A DNA stretch of 64,000 nt, taken from positions 395,560,001 to 395,624,000 of the forward strand of contig OZ024740.1 in assembly GCA_964016885.1 (NCBI GenBank), given 5' to 3'. Position numbers and translations under genes: made by a program. The notes beneath the pieces were generated by a model that saw only the letters and a program-made list of their open reading frames with translations, had not been told where the DNA came from and made no database searches. Source of the stretch: Eledone cirrhosa (lineage: Eukaryota). Below are positions 1 through 12,663 of the stretch, piece by piece (position 1 is the first letter of the stretch; every line of letters begins with the position of its first letter).

Positions 1-451
1 TAAACTCAGCTTCTTCCTCAACTTGTCCAAACTCTGCCTTTCTCTCACATGTACATTGCACATCCAACAAAGTATGGTTGCTTCCTTTCTCTCCAGTCTA
101 CGCATGTCCTCTGCAGTCACTACCCATATTTCACTACCATGCAGCATTGCACACTACACACAGGCATCATACAGTCATCCTTTTGTACATAGGGAGAAAC
201 CTTTTGTTGACAGCAGTGGGAGTAGTTCTCTAAACTTCTTCCATTCTATCCTTATTCTAACTATTATACTCTCTAGCTATTATACTCTGATATCTTTTGT
301 GTACCAAAGATTTACATTGTGTACCTTGTATGGAGTTTATGCCTACTCCTTTTCTACATATTGAGCATGGTCAATTCCCTGGGGGAATCTGGGTCCTATC
401 TTCTTTCCTATTCACTAGCACTTTAGTTTTGGCTAAGTTTACTCTCAGACC
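1..451 (-). mobile_element. Degraded RTE LINE fragment (RT C-terminal part, internally deleted)
   Basis: Reverse complement matches the RTE ORF segments KTKVL..PPG.CSICRKG and WKKFRELLPLL..KGFSL..AMLHGSE seen in the intact copies; contains stops and indels. Confidence 0.85.
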
Positions 452-774
452 TGAAAGGGAAAGTGGTTGTGTAATTGTTTAATGTTGGTCGAGAGGTTCT
501 CACACATGGCATGAATGTTTGGTATTATTCTGAAGTTCTTGGCAAAACATCATAGTTTACCTGTGCTATTTTGCCAGGAAGTTGGGGTATACTCTCAAGA
601 TTACATTCTCATCAAAGCTATATACATTTCAAGCATACATACTTGAGTATATGGAATTATATAAAATGTGTGTTAGTGTGAAAAATATATGATACCTGTG
701 TGTGTGTGAAGTGTGATGCCGCATGGTAGTGAGTAATGGGCTATTACTGCAGAGGATGTGGTGGTGGTGGGAAG

Positions 775-915
775 TGAATTGGTAGAATACCGAAAGATAT
801 CCTTTGTAATATTTATTCCAGCTACCTGTGTTCTGTGTTGAAATTCCACTGAGGTCAACTTTACCTGTCACTATTGTGGGATCAATAGATAAGATATCAG
901 TCTAGGGCAGTTGAC
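775..915 (+). mobile_element. Old, diverged tRNA-derived SINE
   Basis: gaattggtagaat...ttgaaattccactgaggtcaactttacc resembles the young SINE at 34888-35080. Confidence 0.55.
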
Positions 916-1931
916 TGACAGAATCCTTAGAGCATCAGGATGCCTTGTAATATTTATTTCATTTTTCATTCAAATCATGCTGTGATCCACTTAGGTGGGT
1001 GACTTAATCTGTCCCCCAGTTTAACACCACTACCTGGCCCTTGGGTGACTTTGGTGGAAGCCATTATGCAGCATTGGAGCCAGATCTCTGGTCTGAGGAT
1101 AACTTTCTTCTCCATCCTCAGAAAATCTGAAAACTGTCATGGCGGCTGCTTTCCCTTCCTCCCTGACTAAGCAATAAAAAAAAATCATAAGAAATGATAA
1201 AGTAACCTTGGCAATAAGGTATAAAGTATATATGCATAAAAAAAAAGCTACCTCATATTGTGTGTGTGTGTCCTGTTCTTTTATTATTTATGCGAAACTG
1301 AGAATTGTTGCTTTCTGTCATTGTTTTAGTTGTATTTTTAATCTCAATTCATAAAAGTTTTTGAAGCCACCTGGGAATGAATGATCAGGTAGACAGTTCA
1401 AGTAGAGGGTTAACACAGCTTGATGTTAAAATATTGAAGTGCAGCAGATTTTGTATTTTAGCAGTACTATCTATAGACTATAACCTATTGATTCCTGATC
1501 AGTGTGAAATGAAGCTGAAATTCTGAAGAATAAAAAAAAAAAAACATCAACCCTGCTTTAATAAATTGTCTGCACGGTCTTTCACTAATATTGGCACTTT
1601 CTACAATGTCTTTTATGCTGTATCTGACTGGCAGGCTGTATGGTTATTGGTTTAATGGGTGGGTGGATGAAAGGACAGACAAACAAGCAGATTGAAACAT
1701 TTGACATAGAAAAAGGAAATGTCTGATGAATTTCTAAAAATTGGTAACTCAGCAGGGGACTGACTTAGGTTTCTATAATTTTCAAGTTAAACTATTAATA
1801 TGTATAATAATTTCTCTCTTCTCTCTCTAACAGGTCCATTCAACATGAATGGACCTGTTATTTTTATCTAAAGACATATTTTTCCAATTCCATCCCACCC
1901 GTCCCCTCAATCTATCTTATTCCTCATTCTT

Positions 1932-1967
1932 TCTTCTGGTGAAGGACTAGCGTCCGAAACGTTAAGA
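1932..1967 (+). ncRNA. Degenerate minimal hammerhead ribozyme motif (PLE-type)
   Basis: TCTT-CTGGTGA-A-GGAC(TAGC)GTCC-GAAACGTT-AAGA: stems I and II plus a palindromic stem III; the core carries an A6G change. Confidence 0.55.
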
Positions 1968-2825
1968 CCCTCTTCCTGCTATATCAAGCGTTAACCTAAT
2001 ATATCCCTTCCATATACTGTAGCGATTGTGTTGTTATTTCTGTTTACCTTTTACATAATATTTTATATATTTTTAATAATATGTCTCTTTCCGGTGGACT
2101 CTTCCTAAAAACTAACCTTCTAGTATTGTTATTAACTAATTATTCTAGAACCTTCCTGCATCTCGCTTGCAAACTTTGTAAACTCTTTGCTCCTTCTCTC
2201 ATACCCCCCCCCCCCCCCTCCCGCCTGATCGCAAGTATAAAATAAATCTTGCTGGTTCCCAACGACAGAATTTATCTATCAAACTATCTTACGGGTGATC
2301 TGTCGATTTTGAGAATGTAAGCAAAACCTGTCTTTTCTAAATTCCGTAGTCTCCTCAATTAAGCAGTGTTTTAAATTCTTATTTATACCACTCTAAAATT
2401 CAAATTCTCCGTTTTCCTCTCTGATTTTAAATTATTATTTTACATGTTTTTAATATGTTTCAATCTGTTGGACCCTTCCTAAAAACTAAACTTCTCCTAA
2501 AGTCACCCATTTCCCGCCTCACACCCCCACACACCACTATTGCTATATGGTCCAATCATAACTCAGCGGCTTTAGTAAGTTCTCTAACAAATCAGTATAG
2601 CAAAGCTACCACCCCGGTTACTACTCCTTAAGTTTAGGCCTGTTTGATGGGTTGACTGTGAAAATTTGAAAAGTCTAAGCACTCAATGACAATGTCACAG
2701 ATAAAGATAAATTCACCTCCCACTGCAAGACGAGAATACAAGGACCCCTCTTTATTTCAGACACAGATGACCAACAAAATCCCGTCTCCCACACCCCTCC
2801 AACCCATACATCCCACCCTCCCAAC

Positions 2826-5800
2826 TTCAGAGTTGTACCATGAACGTAGGCACATTGAAAGGTCGCTCAAATGAGGTTGTAGAGATGCTTGAACGTAAAG
2901 AAGTTGATGTTTGTTGTATTCAAGAGATTAGGTGGATAAAAAACAATGCTATAAACTTTTCTGGGTGGGAAATGACAATGGACAGGGTGGTGTAGGAATT
3001 ATGTTAGCTGAAAAATGGGTAGATAAGGTAATTGATGTAAATAGAGTGAATGACAGAATAATTGAATTAAGACTAGTTCTAAATAGAACTACTGTGACAA
3101 TAATATCTGCTTATGCACCCCAATCTTGTCTACCTGATGTTATAAAGGACACGTTCTATGAGATGCTAATGTACACTACCTCCCAAATAACCGACAGTGA
3201 CTACTTAATTATTGCTGGCGATCTAAACGGTCACGTTGGACAAGTGATGGCTATGATGGAATCCATGGAGGCTATGGGGTTGGAAATAGAAATGAGGAGG
3301 GCTTCAGAATCCTGGAATTCTGTGATGCAAATAGCCTAACTATCTGTAACACAAACTTCAAAAAAGTGAAAACCACTTGATCACGTATAGATCAGGGGAA
3401 CACGCCAGCCAGATAGATTATATCCTTACTAGAAGACGGGACAAAATGTCTGTTGTAAACACTAAATCCCTCCCCCGTGAAGATTGCACCTTCCAACATA
3501 GCCTAGTAGTTAGTGACCTCATAGTCAGGAATAGACATACTCGACAACAGAGGAGGCCTACCTTGAGGAGAAGAATATGGAAGTTGAAGGACCCCATAGC
3601 CAGTGACAAATTTAAAAGCTTATTACTTGATGCCTTTGACAATAAGGAAAAGCAATTAGAGACGTACAATATAGAGGAACAGTGGCAATTCTTGAAAGTG
3701 AACCTGCTGAAAGCAATGGATGAAATCTGTGGCTGGAGCAGACCTATTGGCAGGAGGAGAGTAACTTGGGGGTGGAATAGTAAGGTGGAAGAGACAATCA
3801 AGACCAAAAAGCAGGCTTGGAAAGTATGGCAGGATGGGGGAAGTAGAGAGCACTATCAAGTGGCCAGGAGAGAAGCTAGGAGACAAGTGTACCTTGCAAA
3901 AAGGGTAGCAGAGGATAGAAAGTTCAAGCATGTTCTACAATGTGAGGACCAAAAACGTGAGGTGTTCAGGATTGCTAGACAATGTGTCAAGGAAAACTGT
4001 GATATTGTCGGGGGGAAGTGTGTCCGTAATGATAATGGTGTACTTGCGCTCACTGATACTGGTAAGAAGATAGCCTGGAAGTATCACAACGAGAGACTAT
4101 TAAATGAGGAGAATAAATGGGAAAAAGATAGTCTGTCCCAAATCGATCCAATAGAAGGACCAGTGGTGCAAGTTAAAGGTAGTATAATAAGTAAGGCAAT
4201 CAAACATATGAAGACAGGTAACGCAGCTGGGCCTTCGGAGATAGTTGCTGAGATGTTGAAGGTATTTGGTATGGTGGGACACACTATGGTCACCCGTATA
4301 GTTAACCAAGTAATACAGAATGGGGTCATACCGAAAGACTGGCGTAGCAGCATCATCATTAACTGCTACAAGGGTTAAGGGGATGCTCTAGATAGGGGAA
4401 ACTATAGAGGCATTAAGTTAGTTGACCAGGTCATGAAGGTCACAGAAAGAGTTATAGCGCAACTAATCAGAGAGCGAATTGATCTAGATGAAATGCAGTT
4501 CGGGTTTGTGTCAGGTAAAATTACCACAGACGCTCTTTTCCTTGTACGACAACTACAAGAGTAGTACCTAGCTAAAAGTGAACCCCTCTACTTAGCTTTT
4601 GTAGACCTCGAGAAAGCTTTTGACAGAGTCCCCCACTCCATTATCTGGTGGGCTCTTAGAAAACTAGGTGTAGATGAATGGCTTGTGAGAGCTATACAAG
4701 CTATGTATAATGAAACAGTCAGTAAGGTTAGAATTAACAATGAATATTGTGAAGAATTTAGTGTAAAAGTTGGTGTTCACCAAGGCTCTGTCCTTAACCC
4801 CCTCTTATTTATTATTGCCCTTCAGGCTATAACAGAGGAGTTCAAGACCGGCTGCCCATGGGAACTCCTATGTGCAGATGATCTAACGCTCATAGCTGAA
4901 TCAATGGCTGAACTAGAGAAGAAATTCGAAATATGGAAGCATGGCCTAGAATCAAAAGGCCTTAAAGTTAACTTGTCTAAGACTAAAGTCTAGTTTGTAG
5001 AAAGGAAAATAGAGCACAGGTGCCCTCAGGGAAATGGCCATGCTCAGTGAGTAGGCTTGAATTCCATTTTATGTCCAAGTATGGGTACATAAAAGATGTA
5101 ATGGGATCACAGGTAAACTATCTAAGAACATAGACTTTATATGTGGCCAATGCTCAGATGCAATAAGTAGCAAGTGTCTAAAGAGTACTAGCTCCTTCTA
5201 TTGCCCAGATGGTTCTATAGAAATAGTAGACACTTTCCGTTACCTGGGTGACGAAATCAGCAGTGGTGGAGGGTGTTCTGAAAGTACAATAGCTAGAGTC
5301 AGAACGGGATGGAAAAAGTTCAGAGAGCTTATACCGCTGTTGGTCACAAAAGGTTTCTCTCTAAAAATGAAAGGCAGATTGTATGATGCCTGTATATGAA
5401 CAGCAATGCTACATGGCAGTGAGACATGGGCATTACGTGCAGAGGACCTGCGTAGACTGGAAAGGAATGAAGCATGCATGCTCCGTTGGATGTGTAATAG
5501 TAATATACGTGAATGGCAAAGCATAAATGAACTAAGTGAGAAATTAGGAATAAGAGGGATCAGATGATGTTTACTTGAGCGAAGACTACGTTGGTATGGC
5601 CACGTGATGCGTATGAAAGACGACAGCTGCATAAAAAAGTGCAGGGCGATCAAAATTCATGGTAGTTACGGAGTAGGTAGACACAGAAAAACCTGGGATG
5701 ATCTGATAAATTCCGACCTCACACACTTACATCTCTCTAAGACAATGTCTCTGGACCGAGATCTTTGGCGCTATGCAGTAATACAGAAGACCCGCCTTGC

Positions 5801-6182
5801 CTATGTACAAAGCGAAACCTACAGTCAGTAGGCACCTCTTAACCAAATATACACCCCAATCTACTACCCCTACCCTATCCTCCCATTCCCACCAACAGCA
5901 CAAGAAAATGAGATCGAGATCGTATAGGTGTCACGATAAAAAACACACACAGTCCACGCTGTAATGTGGTCGTGTAGGTAACACGGTAAAAAGTTCCCAG
6001 TTCCACACTGTAAATGTGGTTGGTGTTAGGAAGGGCATCCAGCCATAGAACACCTGCCAGATAGTCCTATATGAGCAAGACACTGTCACCCGACTAGCCT
6101 TGCCTCAAGTGAGACAACTCCCGTCTAACCCATGCTAGCGTGGAAAATGGACGTTAAATGAAGATGATGAGATGATGATGAT
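2826..6182 (+). mobile_element. Near full-length RTE LINE, subfamily A, disrupted ORF
   Basis: ORF pieces 2932-3339 (APE: SAYAPQ, AGDLNGH), 3377-4378 and 4685-4993 (RT: HQGSVL, CADD); several stops and frameshifts; terminal stem-loop and (GAT)n tail. The 5' UTR may extend to about 2500. Confidence 0.95.
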
Positions 6183-6376
6183 AGTTATGTAATAAACAAC
6201 ATAAGATAATTATTTCATTTACCAGTGGTTTCTTGAAAGCAAACAAATTTGCTTTCATTCATCAGAATGAAAAAATCCTGCTCTATTACATAACTAATGA
6301 ACTCTGTAACCTACATAGAGCACTCTTTTTTCCTGGACCTTTCCGATGGAATTACTTCATATATATATATATATAT

Positions 6377-6978
6377 AAGCATAAATGAATTGAGAGAGAG
6401 ACTGAGCATAAGAGGAATCAAATGCTGCGTGCAGGAGAGGCGGTTACGCTGGTATGGACATGTGATGCGTATGAAGGATGACAGCTGCATAAAAAGGTGC
6501 AGAGCACTAGAAGTTGATGGAAACCGCGGAGTGGGGAGACCCAAGATGACTTGGGATGAGGTGATAAAAGCCGACCTTACCCAACTACACCTCTCAAAGT
6601 CAATGACACACGACCGTGACTTCTGGCGTCACGCAGTAATACAGGGTACCCGACCTCCCATGGGTACATGCTGAAGCATATAAACAATATGCCCCCCCCC
6701 CCCCACCGCAAGGTGGTCGTGGAGGTGCCACGGCAAAAAAGCACCCAGCCCACACTGTAAAGTGGACGTGTAGGCGCCACGAAAAAGCACCCAGCACTCA
6801 CTGTAAATGAGGTTGGTGTTAGGAAGGGCATCCAGCTGTAGAAATCAAGCCAGATCAGTTCCTGTATGAGCAAGGCATGGTCAGCCGACCAGACACTGCC
6901 CACAACAGGACAACCCGTCTAACCCATGCTAGCGTGGAAGAACGGACGTAAAACGGTGATGATGATGATGATGATGAT
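6377..6978 (+). mobile_element. 5'-truncated RTE LINE, subfamily B
   Basis: RRLRWYGHVMR..RPKMTW C-terminus, 3' UTR and (GAT)n tail; flanked by (TA)n; near-identical to the reverse complement of 46006-46610. Confidence 0.95.
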
Positions 6979-7074
6979 ATATATATAAATATAAATTAGC
7001 GAGAATCGTATTTCAGCTCAGGAATTAACGAAAAACAACTTCCGAGATGTATATATATATATATATATATATAT

Positions 7075-7116
7075 CCGTCTAACCCATGCTAGTGTGGAAA
7101 GTGGACATTAAACGAG

Positions 7117-7143
<27 letters not shown>
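7075..7143 (+). mobile_element. Isolated RTE 3' terminus (stem-loop + (GAT)n)
   Basis: ccgtctaacccatgctagtgtggaaagtggacattaaacg followed by (GAT)n, directly after (TA)n. Confidence 0.8.
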
Positions 7144-7144
<1 letters not shown>

Positions 7145-7147
<3 letters not shown>

Positions 7148-7478
7148 GCACATGGCTTAGTGGTTAGAACATTGGCCTTGCAATCGAAAGGTTGTGAGTT
7201 CAATTCTCAGACCGGGTGATGTGTTGTTTCCTTGAGCAAGATACTTTATTTCACATTGCTTCAGTTTACTCAGCTGTGGAAATGAGATGATAGGACTGGG
7301 GTCCATATCATTCCACTGCAAAGTGGTCGTGGAGGTGCCACGGCAAAAAAGCACCCAGCACTCACTGTAAATGAGGTTGGTGTTAAGAAGGGCATCCAGC
7401 TGTAGAAATCAAGCCAGCATCAGTTCCCGTCTCACCCTTGAAAGCAGGGAAAAAGCGGACGTAAAATAAAATGATGAA
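7145..7478 (+). mobile_element. tRNA-headed SINE with an RTE-related 3' part
   Basis: A box tggcttagtgg and B box gagttcaattc; central ccttgagcaag..tttatttcac domain; then sequence matching the RTE-B 3' UTR and a C-type terminus. Confidence 0.85.
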
Positions 7479-7548
7479 ATAATGTGTATCAGTTCGGATC
7501 TAGCTGTCGAAACGGCCAGAGCTCAGCCGTCGGGGTCCTGACTCTTTT

Positions 7549-7594
<46 letters not shown>

Positions 7595-7950
7595 CCCACC
7601 CTTGCAAGCAGGAAAAAGCGGACGTAAAATGATGATGATATATACATATATACACTCAATGTGGTCTACCTTTTGTGGTAGGGTCTATACCGTAGTTAGA
7701 ACTCAATGTAATCCGTTAGCTTGTAGTTCAATGAGATCCAGTGATTGGTTCTGTATTCTTCTGAGTCAATCTTTCAGATACAGAGTCTGATACAGTTCTG
7801 TAACTGCTATAGATCAATCAATATATCAATATGATCAACCCTCCGAAACGAAATATATATAATTCAAAATTCAATAAGACCAAGGATTATCATTATTATT
7901 TATTTATTTATACATCTACTGTAGTTTCAAGTGAACCATTACACTATAAC

Positions 7951-7953
<3 letters not shown>

Positions 7954-8005
<52 letters not shown>

Positions 8006-8132
8006 CTGTGTATGTGTGTATCTGTGTGTGCGTGTGTATGTGTGTGTATATGTGTGTGTATGTGTGGATATGTGTATGTGTATGTGTGTGTATGTGTGTT
8101 TGTATATGTATGTGTGTGTGTATATGTATATA

Positions 8133-8163
<31 letters not shown>

Positions 8164-8205
8164 GTGTGTGTGTATATATGTATATATATATAGGTATGTG
8201 TGTGT
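7954..8205. repeat. Compound (TA)n/(TG)n microsatellite
   Basis: Visible dinucleotide repeats. Confidence 0.95.
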
Positions 8206-9924
8206 ATCATCATCATCATCATCATCAACGTTTAACGGCCGTGTTCCACGCTTGCATGGGTTTGGACAGGGGTATTCCCACTTGAGGCAAGAGTGATCGT
8301 CTTGCTCGCATAGGACTGTCTGGCAGGTTTTCTACAGTTGGATGCCCTTCCTAACACCAACCACATTTACAGTGTGGGTCTGGGAGGTTTTTACCGTGTT
8401 GCCTACACGGCCACATTACAGCGTGGACTGTGTGTTTTTTTCTCGTGACACCTACACGATCTCATTTGTTTCGGCCTGGATGGTGTGGCACCAACATAAC
8501 TTTACATAGAAGGGGGCGGTGTGGATGGGGTGGGGGTGGTGGGACGGGGGTGTATTTTGTTAGAGATGCCTACTGACTGTAGTAGGTTTTACTTTGTATT
8601 TAGGTAAGGCGGGTCTTCTCTATTACTGAGTACCGCCAAAGGTCTCGGTCCAGTGACATTGTCTTGGTGAGGTGTAAGTGTGTGAGGTCGGAGTTTATCA
8701 GCTCGTCCCAGGTTTTTCTGGGTCTGCCTATTCCGTGGCTACCGTCTATCTTTATTGCCCTGCACTTTGTTATACAGCTATCGTCCTTCATGCGCATCAC
8801 GTGACCATACCAACGTAGCCTTCTCTCTAGTAAACAACATCTGATCCCTCTTATTTCTAATTTTTTCCTTAGTTCGTTTATGCTTTGTCGTTCACGTATA
8901 TTACTATTACACATCCAGCGGAGCATGCAAGCTTCGTTTCTCTCTAGTCTGCGTATATCCTCTGCACACAATGCCCAGGTCTCACTGCCATGCAACATTG
9001 CTGTTCGTATGCAGGCATCGTACAGCCTGCCTTTCATTTTTAGGGAGAACCCTTTAGCGGCTAATAGTGGTATAAGCTCTCTGAACTTTTTCCACCCAGT
9101 TCTGACTCTAGCTACTGTACTTTCAGAGCACCCTCCCCCACTGCTGATTTTGTCACCCAGGTAACGGAAGCTGTCCACTATTTCTATAGAACCCTCTGCG
9201 CAGTTGAAAGAGCTAGTATTTTGTGGGCACTTGCTGCTACTTATTTCCCCAGAACACCGGCCACATGTAAAATCTATGTTCTTAGTTAGCTTACCTGTGA
9301 TCCCACTACATCTTTTATGCACCCAAACTTTGCATTTGGGACACAAAATGGAATTTCTACCTACGCCTTTCCTACACTCTGCGCATGGCCACTTCCCGGA
9401 GGGGACCGCCGCCTTATTTTCTTTCTTACAAACTAGAACTTTAGTCTTAGCTAGGTTAATTTTAAGGCCTTTTGATTCTAGGCCGTGCTTCCATGTTTGG
9501 AATTTCTTCTCTAGCTCGGCCATTGATTCAGCTATGAGCGTTAGATCATCTGCGTATAGGAGTTCCCATGGGCAGCCGGTCTTGAACTCCACTGTTATAG
9601 CCTGGAGGGCAATAATAAATAGTAGGGGGCTAAGAACAGAGCCCTGATGAACACCAACTTTTACACTAAACTCTTCACTATATTCGTTGTTAATTCTAAC
9701 CTTGCTGACTGTTTCTTTATACATGGCTTGTATAGCTCTCACAAGCCATTCATCAACACCTAGTTTTCTAAGAGCCCACCAGATAATGGAACGGGGGACT
9801 CTGTCGAAGGCCTTCTCCAAGTCGACGAAAGCTAAGTATAGGGGTTTACTTTTAGCTAGGTACTTCTCCTGTAGTTGTCGTACAATGAAAAGAGCGTCTG
9901 TGGTACTTTTTCCTGACACAAACC
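8206..9924 (-). mobile_element. 5'-truncated RTE LINE, subfamily A, open RT frame
   Basis: 439-aa uninterrupted ORF 8600-9919 (DLEKAFD, HQGSVLSP, YADD, YLG); 3' UTR and (GAT)n tail; microsatellite on both sides. Confidence 0.97.
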
Positions 9925-10051
9925 ATATGTATATATATGTGTGTGTGTGTATATATGTATATACATATGTGTCTGTATGTATATATATGTGTGTATGTAT
10001 ATATATGTGTATGTATATATGTGTGTGTGTGTGTATTTGTATATATATATC

Positions 10052-10110
<59 letters not shown>

Positions 10111-10374
10111 TGTGTGTGTATTGGAATGTATCTTTAAAATACTATACTATTTAAAACATTCAAACCTTAACTGAATGAGCACTCAATACTGGTGTAGAGT
10201 GTAGGATTTTATTTTCTAAGTATTAAAGTGGCAGTAACTTTGAAGTATCAGTTTAGAATCATCATCATTACTGTATTATGTTTAATTTCAATTCTTGCAT
10301 AGGCTAAACAGACTGCCACATTCTGAGGGTAGATAGATCAGATGACATTTTATATATGGGTGGGTGTATGTATA

Positions 10375-10535
10375 AAGTCTCAGCTGATAATGAGTACCAG
10401 CAATAGCTAGGGGTTTAAGCCTGCCATGGACTGGCATACTATCCAGGGGTGTGTCTTATACTCTCAGTCGCTTCATGCCATGAAACCGGGATAAACACCA
10501 GCCAAATGACACTTCTGGCTTAAGACAGACTTTAG
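10375..10535 (+). mobile_element. SINE 3' fragment
   Basis: ctcagctgataatgagtacc...cctgccatggactggcat..atccagggg...gtcgcttcatgc..gaaaccgggataa resembles a tail type common in invertebrate SINEs (recognised from memory). Confidence 0.5.
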
Positions 10536-12399
10536 ACTGTGTATAAAGTACAGTGTTAAAAGACAAATTACGCTTAGATCCAAAGATCTAAGAAATTAAT
10601 GGTAGATGTAGTTTTGGTGTGCTTGAGTGATCACCATTACCATCATCAGGATTATTATTACATATATATCCATTATTAGAAAAATATGCAAAAAATGTAA
10701 ACAGCAAAAATTACCAAAAAGAGAAAAGATTTTTTTTTAATTTAAAAAATTAGAAAAATCATTCAAAATAGTGTTAAGTTGAACATTATTTTCCTGTTTT
10801 GTATATCTAGTGGACCACACTATGTAGATATGTGTGTTGTTCAGCAGAAACACACACACAGAAAGACAAACAAACAAAAGCATCATCAATCCTCATTAGC
10901 CATACCTGGAATAGATCTTTGTAATTATGTATAAGTTAGAGCAAGATTGATACTATTCTCCTGTGTATAGAGTTGCTACTGAACCAGCTACTAGAAAAGA
11001 TGCATAGAGGACTGTACAATAACAACACAACAGACATATGGAAAATACATACAATACAAACAAGATGGTGGACAACAGAATTATGAGTGAGTACACAAAC
11101 AAGTTTTATAATTGGAACAAAAGTACACATGGGAAAGTTATATAACCCCAACAAACAGCACAGTCAACAACAAAATTATGAGAAAATATACAAATACAAA
11201 AAGTCTTATAGAGAAGACAAAGTATAATAACAGGTGCAAAGAAGCAAAGAAGGTTGTGCATTGCAGTAACACTGAAAAGAAACATGGTATTTGGAACTAC
11301 AGCCTCATATTATCGAAGGAAATACTACTCCACCTCTCACTCACTCCACCTCCCCCTCTCTCTAACTAACTAAAATGTAACATCTGACCAAACAAAAATA
11401 CAGTTTTTTTAGGTTGTTAGTGTGTATTTCTGTATGTTTTTTGTATTTCTGTGTGTGTGTTTCTGTATGTCCTTCAACATATAAGCAAGCAAACAGTCTT
11501 CAAAAAAAGACTTTCATTATAATAAGTTGTTGTTGTTATTGAGAGAGAAATGCAGTGAGAGAGAGAGAGTGTGTGTGTGTGAAAGCTAAATAGAATTTTA
11601 AATTTATTTCAAATAAGAAAGCAGGTTGTGGTTGTTGAGAGAGAAATACAGCAAGAGTGTGTGTGTGTGTAAGATATATAAATAGGTAGAGAGTGTTGTC
11701 ACCTGAAAACGGCGGGCAGGGGTTTAAGTGCAACTCTGTCAACACATGTGAAAAAAAACATGTGTCTGTGTTTCTGTATGTCCAAAGGGAACCCAGACTA
11801 CAACTAGTGTTTTATAATTTTCATAGAATACATTTTTCTATTATGTTTTTTACTGCTTTCTGTATTTAGATATTCTAAAGAAGTTTTTTAAAAGTATATG
11901 CTATAATGTGATTGGTGTTAGGAAGAGCATCCAGCCATAGAAACTAGACCGAATATGTTCTAGCCTAATATGGTCACCTAACTTGTCTAACTTCACTACA
12001 TAACTACCTGTCTAACCCAAGCAAGCATGGAATGTTGACATTAAATGGGGATAACGATGATGATACTATGTGTGAGTGTGTGTGTGTGTGTGTAATTTAG
12101 TTTCTCTGAATGTACCAGGGATAAATAAAAACGTTCTATCATGAGTACAATACCTGAGTTACTTTGATGTTTTGATTATCTAGCTTTGTCTCATTATTTG
12201 GTACTACATTTATAATGGGTGTGATTGGTTATTTGCTTAACTAAATATATTTCAGTTGACTTTTTCCTTTATTTAATTCATATTTACTTGTATGTAGGTG
12301 TGTGTTGCAGAGAGCAAGAGAGATGTGTATTACAGAGAGAGCTTATATGTTTATGTTTTTCTTGTGTATGAGTATATGAAATGTGTGGTTTGTGTATAT

Positions 12400-12557
12400 T
12401 TTTTTTGCCATGGTCTACTAATGTGTCTACTACATGGTCTACTAATGTGTTCAGATAACCATTGTTAACTAATACTTGTTTTACATGCGAGATTTCCTTA
12501 TTCAAATCATTCTTAGTGGATGGGAATTTAAAAGCTCATCTAATGAGATTTTCAATT
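12400..12557 (-). mobile_element. Penelope-like element RT C-terminal fragment
   Basis: Translates to LIR*AFK...NKEISHVKQVLVNNGY, similar to the PLE post-RT motif (RA..EI..IKQIL.NNGY). Confidence 0.6.
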
Positions 12558-12579
12558 ACACACACACACACACACATAT

Positions 12580-12659
<80 letters not shown>

Positions 12660-12663
<4 letters not shown>

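Noticed and set aside
2500-2825. HDV-like ribozyme at the RTE-A 5' end
   Set aside because: Known for some RTEs, but I could not build the nested double pseudoknot by eye; it needs a descriptor search.
5813-5837. GAAA-CCTAC..GTAGG hairpin in the RTE-A 3' UTR as a hammerhead stem III
   Set aside because: No NUH triplet, no upstream core, and the GAAA is not conserved in other A copies.
7831-8296. ORFs rich in YI/CV/HT (also 9.7-10.2, 14.6-15.4, 20.0-20.3, 38.0-39.4 and 55.5-56.0 kb)
   Set aside because: These are translations of dinucleotide microsatellites that happen to lack stop codons.
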